Shown: piece after piece, positions 17,431 through 25,752 of the stretch
How positions within the stretch are numbered: the stretch's first letter is position 1
How the letters are laid out: every line of letters starts with the position of its first letter
From: Deltaproteobacteria bacterium
GTDB taxonomy: Bacteria > Myxococcota_A > UBA796 > SXON01
Direction of reading: 5' to 3'
Assembly: GCA_016875315.1 (NCBI GenBank)
Contig: VGRQ01000003.1
Coordinates: forward strand, 1 to 41,118
Length of the DNA: 41,118 bases
Position numbers and translations under genes: made by a program
Notes under the pieces: generated by a model
Told to the model about the DNA's origin: nothing
Databases searched by the model: none
What the model saw: only the letters and a program-made list of their open reading frames with translations

Positions 17431-20361
17431 ATGGCGCAACTCGCCGACTTCATCTCGCGGATCTTCTCGTCGGGCCGCACGCAGGGCCTCTCGGGAGGCG
17501 CCGAGGTGGTGCTCGACCAGGACCCCGCTAGTGCATTCTACCTATCGCGACTGAGGAAGCACTCCGCGGAGGACGACCTCGTGGAGCACCCGGGGCTGCT
17601 CTGGTCGACCTCCAGCTACGGCGGCCGCAAGGGTGGTCTGCGCGCTCACATCCACGCCGAGCGCGGCGAGGGCATCGCCTCGTTCACCGACGTGCTGGTG
17701 GTGATCAACCAGCCCGACGCGCGACGGGTGGCCACCCAGGGCGCCGCCGCCAACGGGCAGGCGTGGACCGATCGCGCCGCCCGCCAGCTAGGCGACGACT
17801 TCACCGAGTACTGCGTGAAGGAGAAGTTCGAGCTTCTCTACGGCACGCGCCCCTTGCGATTCTGGATCGTGGCCGACGGCGGGAGCGAGATGCTCCACCA
17901 GTCCTTCGGCCTCGAACCCGGTGAGTTCATCACGGGACTGTTGCCCAACCTCTACATCGGTCCCGCCCCGCGCAGCCGCCCGGTGCTCGGGGTGCATCTC
18001 AACCTTCCCGGCGCCTGGGACGGCTACCGCGAGGTGGCGCGCCTCTACAGCGACCAGATCGTGCTCACCCTCGGTCGCCACTGGCTCGACAACTTCCACC
18101 ATCCGGGCCTGCTCGAGCCCGGCCTGTACCGCTTGCAGCAGTACCCCGACGGCTCGCTGGTACACGTGATCAGCCCGGAGCTGCAGGATCGCTACTTCGT
18201 GCGCTCCGACCCCACCGACGCCGGCCCGTCGGTGCTCACCATCGCGGAAACCAGCGGTCGCCCGGTGGCCTTCCTCGTGCTGGCGGTGATCGAGTCCGGC
18301 ACCATCGAGATGGCCGCGCCCTCGGAGGTCGAGGCGGCGATGGTGGCCGCCGAGGCGGCGAAGCCGAAGGGAAAGAAGGCGGTCGAGGCGCCCCCGAAGA
18401 TCGCGCTCGATCCCATCCCGACCGCGCCCGCGACCATGCCCCCGGAGAGCATTTCCGCCGGCGGATCGGGGCTCGGGGGGCGCCAGCGGACCATCGTCCC
18501 CGACGCCTTCGAGACGCGCATCCTCACGCTCCACGAGCGGGGTGCCCTCCTCCAGAAGGTCCACTTCAACAACTTCATGGAGGGCTACGACGTCTACCTC
18601 GGGCCGAAGGCGCAGATCGCCACCGCCCACGCCACGCCGCGCGCGACCATCCAGGTGCGCGCCAACCGGGTGACCCTCGTCCCTCGCGATGCCAACGTGA
18701 AGCTCGACAGCAAGGCCGCCGAGCCGGGCACGCCCGTGGTGCTGCGGGGGACGGTGGAGATCGAGGTCGACGGCATCAAGGTGGAGTACCGCGACCTCTC
18801 TGGCGTGAGGGCCGAGGGCTGGCCGTACCTCGGCGAGCTGCGCCGTTCCGGCGCCGGCACCTACCTCGACTTCGGCGCGGTGTTCCAGGTGGGTCGCGAC
18901 CGCCGATGCAAGGTTCGCCTGCCCGACGAGCCGCACAATGAGAACATCGCGTGGCTGCCCAGCGTGGGGGGCGGCTCGACCATCCGCTCCCGCACCGGCG
19001 ACATCCCGAAGGCGCGCTTCTACACCGACTCGATCATGGTGGCCTCGACTCACGCCGAGATCGACCTCAACGGCGAGCCGCTGGTGCGCTCGCTGGCCCG
19101 CCACTGCTACACCTACGTGCGTCGCGGCGCCGACGTGATCGCGCTCTTTCCCCGCGAGGGCCCCGGCGGCAGGCACGAGACCACGGTGCAGGTGGGCGAC
19201 GAGCTCCTCGTGGGCAACTGCCTGTTCCACGTGGCCTTCCCGCCCGCCGCCACGCCGCAGATCGCGTCGCTACCGCCCAGCTCGCTCCCCAAGTTCTCCG
19301 CCGCCGATCTCGCGGCGATCGCCGACGACGTGCGGGTTGGCACCTCGCGCACCGTCGATCCCGTGGCCCCGGCCGGTCTCGGCGGCGCGGGTCCCGCGCC
19401 TCGTCCCGTCAAGGAGGTCCCCGACGCGCCGCCCCGGCGGAAGACGAAGTCCAAGACCTTCCACGACAGCCTGAACGAGGCGCCGGCCCCCAGCATCTCG
19501 ATCGCCGAGGTGCCCGATCGCGCCCGGCCGCCGCGGCCAGTGAAGGTCGACCTGGGCAGCGCGAAGAGCGACTCGCTCGACGTCGTGCCCGTGGCGGTGA
19601 AACCGTCCAAGCAGGACGCGAAGCCGCCGCCGCCGCCGATGATCCTCGACGAGTCGGAACTCGACCCGGTGGTGTCGGTGGAGGAGCGCCAGTGGCAGCT
19701 GGAGCTGTCGCGCCCGGCGCGCCTGTTGCAAGTGGGCTGGTCGGTCCACGGCGAGTTCTCCATCGGCAACCACCGGGGCGTCGACATGATCGTCCCCGAG
19801 GTGAAGTCCTTCGCCGAGCAGGTGTTTCTCACGCTCGACTACGTGCGGGTGTACGCGCGCGGCAAGAAGGGCCGCATCGAGCTCATCCAGGAGGGCGAGG
19901 CCGCGATCACCGTCGCCTCGGGCAAGGTTCGCAGCACCGAGAGTCTCCAGGGCGCGCGGATCGACATCATTCGTCGCGACGCGAACCTCGAGCCCGACTT
20001 CGACGTGAGCCTGTCCTTCGCCGAGGGCGCGGTGCTGCCCGATCCGCGGGCGCAGCTGTTGACCATCGACGTGGGCGATCGGCTCGTGTCGGCCTTGTTC
20101 ACCGTGGGCTTCCCCCTGCGCACGCCGCGCGCCTGCCGGCTCGGCCCCATCAACGCGACCTTGCAGTTCGACGGCGAGAAGTTGACGGTGAGCGACTACC
20201 TCCCCAGCTACCGCACCGGTGCCTCCGGCTTCATGCCCTTCTTCCACCGCGAGGGCGACCGTCCCTGGCGCACCATGCCCGAGGATGGATCCCCGGTGTC
20301 GCTCCGCCCGGGCGATGGACTACTCGCGGGCGCAAACGTCTACCGCTTCGAAGTCGGGTAG
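17431..20361 (+). CDS. Large FhaA-like protein: DUF3662-like N-terminal domain, several FHA-like domains, Pro/Ala/Lys linkers
   Basis: FQVGRDRRC...VASTHAEID...GDELLVG and LRPGDGLLAG FHA-like patterns; N-terminal pattern resembles the FhaA N-domain; lies directly upstream of a PP2C gene. Confidence 0.7.
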   Translation: MAQLADFISRIFSSGRTQGLSGGAEVVLDQDPASAFYLSRLRKHSAEDDLVEHPGLLWSTSSYGGRKGGLRAHIHAERGEGIASFTDVLVVINQPDARRVATQGAAANGQAWTDRAARQLGDDFTEYCVKEKFELLYGTRPLRFWIVADGGSEMLHQSFGLEPGEFITGLLPNLYIGPAPRSRPVLGVHLNLPGAWDGYREVARLYSDQIVLTLGRHWLDNFHHPGLLEPGLYRLQQYPDGSLVHVISPELQDRYFVRSDPTDAGPSVLTIAETSGRPVAFLVLAVIESGTIEMAAPSEVEAAMVAAEAAKPKGKKAVEAPPKIALDPIPTAPATMPPESISAGGSGLGGRQRTIVPDAFETRILTLHERGALLQKVHFNNFMEGYDVYLGPKAQIATAHATPRATIQVRANRVTLVPRDANVKLDSKAAEPGTPVVLRGTVEIEVDGIKVEYRDLSGVRAEGWPYLGELRRSGAGTYLDFGAVFQVGRDRRCKVRLPDEPHNENIAWLPSVGGGSTIRSRTGDIPKARFYTDSIMVASTHAEIDLNGEPLVRSLARHCYTYVRRGADVIALFPREGPGGRHETTVQVGDELLVGNCLFHVAFPPAATPQIASLPPSSLPKFSAADLAAIADDVRVGTSRTVDPVAPAGLGGAGPAPRPVKEVPDAPPRRKTKSKTFHDSLNEAPAPSISIAEVPDRARPPRPVKVDLGSAKSDSLDVVPVAVKPSKQDAKPPPPPMILDESELDPVVSVEERQWQLELSRPARLLQVGWSVHGEFSIGNHRGVDMIVPEVKSFAEQVFLTLDYVRVYARGKKGRIELIQEGEAAITVASGKVRSTESLQGARIDIIRRDANLEPDFDVSLSFAEGAVLPDPRAQLLTIDVGDRLVSALFTVGFPLRTPRACRLGPINATLQFDGEKLTVSDYLPSYRTGASGFMPFFHREGDRPWRTMPEDGSPVSLRPGDGLLAGANVYRFEVG

Positions 20362-20362
20362 C

Positions 20363-21232
20363 GTGCTCGAGACCCTCGTGTCGGTGGGCGTGGTGTGCTC
20401 GGTCGGGATCGGCCCCGAGCGGGGCGGGCGCGCGACCAACCAGGACAACTACCTGGTTTGCCGGGGCGGGACGATCCGCTTCCGCGAGGGCGATCGCGAG
20501 GCCGTCGTGAGCGCGCCAGCCCGGCGCGACCTGCTCTTCGCGGTGGCCGACGGGATGGGCGGCCACGAGGACGGCGACATCGCCTCGGCGGCGGCCGTGC
20601 AAGCGATCAGCCGGCTGCAGTTCGCCGACCTGCCGCGCGAGCCGGAGCTGGCGCTGCGCGAGTTCTTCCTCCAGACGCACGCCCGGGTGCGGGAACGGGT
20701 GTCGCAGTCGGGCGAGGTGAAGATGGGCACCACGCTCACCGTGGCCTGGCTCGCTCGCGACCGCGTGGTGTGGGTACACGTGGGAGACTCGCGGCTGTAC
20801 CACTGGCGCGATGGACGGCTCACGCGCATCACTCGCGACCAGACGCGCGAGGAGTTCGCCATGCGCGACCGGCGCCCCACTCCGAGCCACCCGCGCTACC
20901 TCGCCCAGAACTTCATCTTTGGCAGCCGGGGTCTTGGCAACGACGAGTCGGTGAGGATCGACCATGGCATCGACACCGGGGCCTTCTCGGTGCGCCCGGG
21001 CGACCGGCTGCTGCTCAGCACCGATGGCCTGCATGCCCGCCTCGAAGACGCGCAGATCGCCCACGGCGTGGCCAACGTGCCCGAGGCGCAAGCCTGCGCG
21101 CTGGCGCTCTCCGAGCGCGCCCTGGCGCACGGGAGCGACGACAACCTCACCGCGCTCGTGGTGCGCATCGACGGCGTCCCCCCCGGCGACGACGAGTCCG
21201 ACGACGACGAGAACACCATCATCCCGGTGTGA
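20363..21232 (+). CDS. PP2C/PPM Ser/Thr protein phosphatase
   Basis: RATNQD, VADGMGGH, MGTT, HVGDSRLY, LLSTDGL, GSDDNLT; GTG 20363 one base after the upstream stop. Confidence 0.93.
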   Translation: MLETLVSVGVVCSVGIGPERGGRATNQDNYLVCRGGTIRFREGDREAVVSAPARRDLLFAVADGMGGHEDGDIASAAAVQAISRLQFADLPREPELALREFFLQTHARVRERVSQSGEVKMGTTLTVAWLARDRVVWVHVGDSRLYHWRDGRLTRITRDQTREEFAMRDRRPTPSHPRYLAQNFIFGSRGLGNDESVRIDHGIDTGAFSVRPGDRLLLSTDGLHARLEDAQIAHGVANVPEAQACALALSERALAHGSDDNLTALVVRIDGVPPGDDESDDDENTIIPV

Positions 21233-21244
21233 GCGAGCCGCCCC

Positions 21245-22882
21245 CTACTCCGTCATCGTGACGGCCACCCGCACGCTCCCCGTCGAGGCCCGCGGGAACT
21301 TCACCTGCGCCAGCCGCTCTCCCACGCAGTCCTCGGTGGGCGCGTGGGGGTAGTTGAGCAGGCGGGTGCGCGTCACCGCGCCGGCGTCGTCGAGGGTCAC
21401 CTCGATGCCGAGGTAGGGCGGGGCCCGGCAGGCCCGCTCGGCGCGCACGCCCTCCACGCCGAGCTGGTAGGCGATGGCCTGCCACTCCTTCCGCGCGGCG
21501 GCGTCGGGGTCGGTGCTGGTGAGCGCGCGGGAGGTGTCGCGATGCGTGAACCACCACAGGGCGCCGCCCAGCGCCAGTCCAAGGCAAACAAGCAGGAGGC
21601 CGCCTGCCACGCAGCCCACCCCGGCGGTGCGCGCGGCGGGGTTGGCCGCCATGCGCTCGATGGTGGGGACGGGGCTCAGCGGCACGCCGGCGGGGGCGCG
21701 GAGTTTCCCAGACGCGGTGGGCTCGTCGAGCGTGGGCACCGAGGTGGGGACCGACCGCGTTTCCACCGGGGCGGCCTTCGGCGCCGCCTTCGGGTGGACC
21801 GAGATGGTGTCGTCGACGGGCCCGCTCCCCGCCGTGACGCTGCTGTAAAGCGGGGCGCCGCCCGTCGGGATCGGCCCTGGATCGCGCCCCGCCGCGATGG
21901 CGTGGAGACGCTCGGCGAGGGTCTCGATCGCGCAGCGGTCGCCGGGGTCGGCGGCCATCGCGGCGGCGAGGGAGTCTTCCATCCAGCTCTTGGGGGGGCC
22001 GTCGAGCTGGGGCAGCCGCGGCGGCAGGTGGCGCAACAGGTGGTCGCGCTGGTCTTCCACGTCGAGCTCGGCCATGTACTCGGCCACCGGGCGCGCGGTG
22101 AGGCAGAAGTACAGCAGGGCGCCGACGGCGTACACGTCGGTGGCTGGCTCGGGCGTCATGCCGTCGAACTGCTCGGGGGCGGCGTACTGTGGCGTGCCGA
22201 TGAAGGCGCCCACGCGCGTGAGGCGGTCGCCCACTCCGCCAAAGACCTTGGCGATGCCGAAGTCGGCCACGCGCACGCGGGGCACCTCGTCGCGGGTGGC
22301 GATGGTCTCCAGCAGCACGTTCTCGGGCTTCAGGTCGCGGTGGATCACGCCCTGGCGGTGGGCCACGCCCAGCGCATCGCAGATCTGCACGCCGATGGCG
22401 GCGGTGGCCTCGACCGACAGGGTGCCCACGCGGCGGATGTGGTCGAGCAGCGAGCCCCCGGCCTCGAAGCGGGTGACGAGGTAGGGCGAGTGGCCCGAGC
22501 GATGCACGAAGCCGCGGCACTCGACGATCTGCGGGTGGTTGAGCCGCTGCAACACGTTGGCCTCGGTGGCGAGGCGGTGCAGGTAGGCGCCCTGGTCGCG
22601 TTGCTGGTAGAGCACCTTCAAGGCGAGGAGCGGCCCGGTTTCCTCGTCGCCCTCGCCGAGCTCCCGGCCGAGGTAGGTCACGCCGGCACCGCCGATGGCG
22701 AGTCGCGAGTGGATCCTGTAGGTACGGTCGAGCAACTCGCCGGGCTCCATCAGCTCTCCCCAGCCCACCGCCGGTCGCGCGTACCGGCAGCCGAGGTTGG
22801 GGCAGCGCGCCTCGTCGGCAAAGAACGTCGTGAGGCAGCGGCTGCAATAGCGCGTGCGCGGCGGCTCACTCTCGGTCATCAC
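21245..22882 (-). CDS. Membrane Hanks-type Ser/Thr kinase: N-terminal Cys4 ribbon, kinase, linker, TM, C-terminal AgmX/TonB-C-like domain
   Basis: CSRC..CPNLGC; LALK; HRDLKPEN; DFG; GTPQYAAPE; DVYAVG; TM helix; DCVGERLAQVKFP. Start may be 22879, 22882 or 22891. Confidence 0.93.
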   Translation of the reverse strand: MMTESEPPRTRYCSRCLTTFFADEARCPNLGCRYARPAVGWGELMEPGELLDRTYRIHSRLAIGGAGVTYLGRELGEGDEETGPLLALKVLYQQRDQGAYLHRLATEANVLQRLNHPQIVECRGFVHRSGHSPYLVTRFEAGGSLLDHIRRVGTLSVEATAAIGVQICDALGVAHRQGVIHRDLKPENVLLETIATRDEVPRVRVADFGIAKVFGGVGDRLTRVGAFIGTPQYAAPEQFDGMTPEPATDVYAVGALLYFCLTARPVAEYMAELDVEDQRDHLLRHLPPRLPQLDGPPKSWMEDSLAAAMAADPGDRCAIETLAERLHAIAAGRDPGPIPTGGAPLYSSVTAGSGPVDDTISVHPKAAPKAAPVETRSVPTSVPTLDEPTASGKLRAPAGVPLSPVPTIERMAANPAARTAGVGCVAGGLLLVCLGLALGGALWWFTHRDTSRALTSTDPDAAARKEWQAIAYQLGVEGVRAERACRAPPYLGIEVTLDDAGAVTRTRLLNYPHAPTEDCVGERLAQVKFPRASTGSVRVAVTMTE

Positions 22883-22943
22883 CGGCGACATCTATCAGGT
22901 CGCCGCTTGTATGCCGCCGTCCTCGCCGGTAGGCTTCGCGGCC

Positions 22944-24068
22944 ATGCGCTTCGGAATGCTCCGCGAGACCCTCCCCGGCGAGCGCCGGGTGCCGCTCACC
23001 CCCGAGGGCGCCCGCGCCCTCGTGTCCTCCGACCACGGCGTGGTCGTGGAGGCAGGGACAGGCCTTGGCGCCGGCTTCTCCGACACGGAGTACCTCGCGG
23101 CCGGCGCCCAGGTGGTGTTCAACGCGAGGGAGGTCTCGGCGAGCAGCGACGTGCTGCTGAAGATCCACCCGCCGAGCGAGGGCGAGGTGGCGCTCCTGCG
23201 GAAGTCACAGGCGCTGGTCTCATTCCTGCACCTCTCCACCCAGCCGGCGAAGTTCCACCAGGCGCTGGCGCGCGCCGGGGTCACGACGATCTCCCTGGAG
23301 CTGGTGCGCGAGGGGCTGGACGAGTACCCGATCCTCGAGCCCCTCTCGGCGATCGGCGGGCGCGTGGCGGTGGCGCTGGCCGCGTGGCACCTCACCGGCC
23401 CCGGCAACGGCCCCGGCATCCTCATCGGAGGTTCTCCCGGGGTGCCCCCGGCGCTGGTGCTGGTGATCGGCGCGGGGGCCGCGGGCTCGGCTGCGGCGGC
23501 GGAGGCCTCGGCGCTCGGCGCGCAGGTGGTGGTGCTCGACCGCGACCCGCGGCGCCTGCAGCGCATGGAGCACACCCTCGGGCGAGTGTGCGTCACCGCC
23601 GTGGCCAGCGAGTACCACCTGGTGCGCTACCTCGAGCAGGCCGACGTGGTCATCGGCGCCGTCGCGGTGCGCGGGGAGCCTGCGCCCAAGGTGCTCAAGC
23701 GCCATCACGTCCGCACCATGCGCGAGGGCTGCCTGTTCATCGACATGTCGATCGACGAGGGCGGGTGCGCGGAAACCTCGCGCCCCACCACCACCGAGGA
23801 GCCGGTCTACGAGGCCGAGGGCATCCGCCACATCTGCATCCCCAACCTGCCCAGCGAGGTGGCGCGTACCGCCTCGCGGGCGATGGGCGCCTCTCTCTTG
23901 CCGTACCTGGCGGCGCTGGGCCGCGGCATCGAGCCCGCTCTCGCGACCAACGCCGCCCTGCGGCACGCGGTGGGCTTCCTCGACGGCAAGCTGGTGAACC
24001 GCAGCCTTCGCCGGTACATCGCGGAGAGTTACGTCGACCTCGAGACGCTGGTGCCGGCGAGCGAGTAG
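22944..24068 (+). CDS. ald: Alanine dehydrogenase family protein (divergent)
   Basis: ERRVPLTP, VEAGTG.GAGFSD.EY, FLHL, GAGAAG, IDEGGCAETSRPTT, PNLP..VARTAS; TAGGCT box 8 nt upstream. Confidence 0.8.
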   Translation: MRFGMLRETLPGERRVPLTPEGARALVSSDHGVVVEAGTGLGAGFSDTEYLAAGAQVVFNAREVSASSDVLLKIHPPSEGEVALLRKSQALVSFLHLSTQPAKFHQALARAGVTTISLELVREGLDEYPILEPLSAIGGRVAVALAAWHLTGPGNGPGILIGGSPGVPPALVLVIGAGAAGSAAAAEASALGAQVVVLDRDPRRLQRMEHTLGRVCVTAVASEYHLVRYLEQADVVIGAVAVRGEPAPKVLKRHHVRTMREGCLFIDMSIDEGGCAETSRPTTTEEPVYEAEGIRHICIPNLPSEVARTASRAMGASLLPYLAALGRGIEPALATNAALRHAVGFLDGKLVNRSLRRYIAESYVDLETLVPASE

Positions 24069-24078
24069 GGCTCCCCTC

Positions 24079-24336
24079 TCAAGTCCCGAAGCGGAACACC
24101 ACCACGTTTTCCCCGGGCTCCGGCTCGCGATCGTCGAGCGGCACGGGGTGATCGTAGTCGTCGAGGGGGTGCTTCGCCGGCGCGGGCCCGTACACGCAGC
24201 TCACGTCGTCGCGGGCCGGCGCCTGCGCCGTCCACTTCCCCACCTCGCTCTCGCGGAGCTGGTCGCGGGTCACGTCGCCGACGTTGGCCTTCCCAGCGGG
24301 GAGGATGCGCACCAGCGAGATGGCTTCGAGCTTCAC
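24079..24336 (-). CDS. Small hypothetical protein (85 aa)
   Basis: Fills the gap between neighbours without overlap; AGGAG 5 nt before GTG; no recognisable motif. Confidence 0.55.
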   Translation of the reverse strand: MKLEAISLVRILPAGKANVGDVTRDQLRESEVGKWTAQAPARDDVSCVYGPAPAKHPLDDYDHPVPLDDREPEPGENVVVFRFGT

Positions 24337-24411
24337 GGGGACTCCTGTCCGCCTTCATCTTCACTTCGTACTCTTGTCATGTCAAGAGTTGACGTCGGAT
24401 AGGCGGGAACC

Positions 24412-25752
24412 ATGGTGTTGCTCGCCATCACTCACGCGCGCCTGTGGACCGGCGAGGGGCCGGCGCGCGAGGACATGGACATCCTCGTGTCGGGTGACCG
24501 CGTTGTCGCCATCGGCCAGGGCCTCGACACCACCGGCGCCGAGGTGATCGACGCCCGGGGCGCCACGGTGATCCCGGGCCTGGTGGACAGCCACGCGCAC
24601 CTGTCGATGAGCCCCGGCGCGGCCTACCGCCCCGGGGAGCCACCTGCCTACGCGGAGCACCTCCGCGCCTACCTGGCGTGCGGGGTGACCACCGTCCTCG
24701 ACCCGGCCGTCGGCCCGGCGGCGAGCGAGGCCATCGCACGGGAGCCCGTGGGTCCGCGGTATCTCCACCTCGGCATGCCCTTCTCCCCCGAGGGCGGCTA
24801 CCCGGCGGTGCTCTTCGACGGCGCCTTTCCCATGGTCGACACCGCCGCCGAGGCCGAGGCGCAGCTCGACGCCGTGGTGGCGCAGGGCGCAATCGGCATC
24901 AAGATGACCGCCGAGCGTGGTTTCCTCGGTCCCACCTGGCCGATGTTCGAGTCCGAAGTGGCGCGGGCGATTCGCGAGGGCGCAGCTCGTCGTGAGCTGT
25001 CCGTGTATGTCCACGCGATGTCGCCGGCGGAGCAGCAACTGGCCATCGAGGAGTACGGGGCGCGCGCGACGGTACACCCCCTTGAGCGCCCCCACTCGAA
25101 GGTGGCGACGCTGGCCGCCGAGCGGGGCGTGTACGAGGTCACCACCCTCTCCGTGCTCGACATGATGGGCGACGCCTGGGACCGATCCCGCCTCGACGAT
25201 CCCTTCCTCGACGCGCGCGTGCCCGCGGCGGAGCTGGCGACGGCGAGGTCACTCGATGTATCGCGACAGTTTCGCATTCGATTCGCGCAGGTGGTGCTCC
25301 CCGGGCTTCCCGCGCTGTTCGCCACCTCCGGGGCGGCGCGCGCCATCGCCGCCGCGCACCTTCGCCGCACCGGCCGCGCCCTGCGCCAGCTCCACGGGGC
25401 AGGTGTCGTGCTGGTGATGGGCTCCGACGCCGGGAACTGGCCGATCATCCCCTACCTCTTTCACGGCCCGTCGAGTCTCCGCGAGCTCGAGCTCATCGTC
25501 GACGCGGGATTCTCGCCGGAGCAGGCGCTGACGATGGCCACTCGTAACGCCGGCCGGATGCTCGATCGCGACGTGGGCACCCTCCACGAGGGTGGCCCGG
25601 CCGACCTCCTCGTGGTTGACGGCAACCCCCTCGACGACATCCGCGCGCTGCGCCGCCTCCGTCACGTGGTGCGGGCGGGCGAGGCTCGCACCCCAGCAGG
25701 ATGGCTCAGCCCGCCGGCTCCACCACCCGGGTCCACAGGCGCTTCGCGTTGA
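24412..25752 (+). CDS. Metal-dependent amidohydrolase superfamily protein
   Basis: PGLVDSHAH, GVTTV.D, YVHA, GSDAG, ADLLVVDGNPL motifs. Confidence 0.9.
   Translation: MVLLAITHARLWTGEGPAREDMDILVSGDRVVAIGQGLDTTGAEVIDARGATVIPGLVDSHAHLSMSPGAAYRPGEPPAYAEHLRAYLACGVTTVLDPAVGPAASEAIAREPVGPRYLHLGMPFSPEGGYPAVLFDGAFPMVDTAAEAEAQLDAVVAQGAIGIKMTAERGFLGPTWPMFESEVARAIREGAARRELSVYVHAMSPAEQQLAIEEYGARATVHPLERPHSKVATLAAERGVYEVTTLSVLDMMGDAWDRSRLDDPFLDARVPAAELATARSLDVSRQFRIRFAQVVLPGLPALFATSGAARAIAAAHLRRTGRALRQLHGAGVVLVMGSDAGNWPIIPYLFHGPSSLRELELIVDAGFSPEQALTMATRNAGRMLDRDVGTLHEGGPADLLVVDGNPLDDIRALRRLRHVVRAGEARTPAGWLSPPAPPPGSTGASR

Noticed and set aside
21344-24151. 935-aa plus-strand ORF (similarly 29437-32385, 29615-31879, 12580-14439, 36672-38861)
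   Set aside because: Arg/Gly/Pro-rich antisense or off-frame shadows of well-supported genes, expected at this GC content.
25706-25752. 3' overlaps of convergent genes (also 28191-28210, 31300-31303) as antisense regulation
   Set aside because: Short convergent overlaps are common in compact GC-rich genomes; there is no further evidence.
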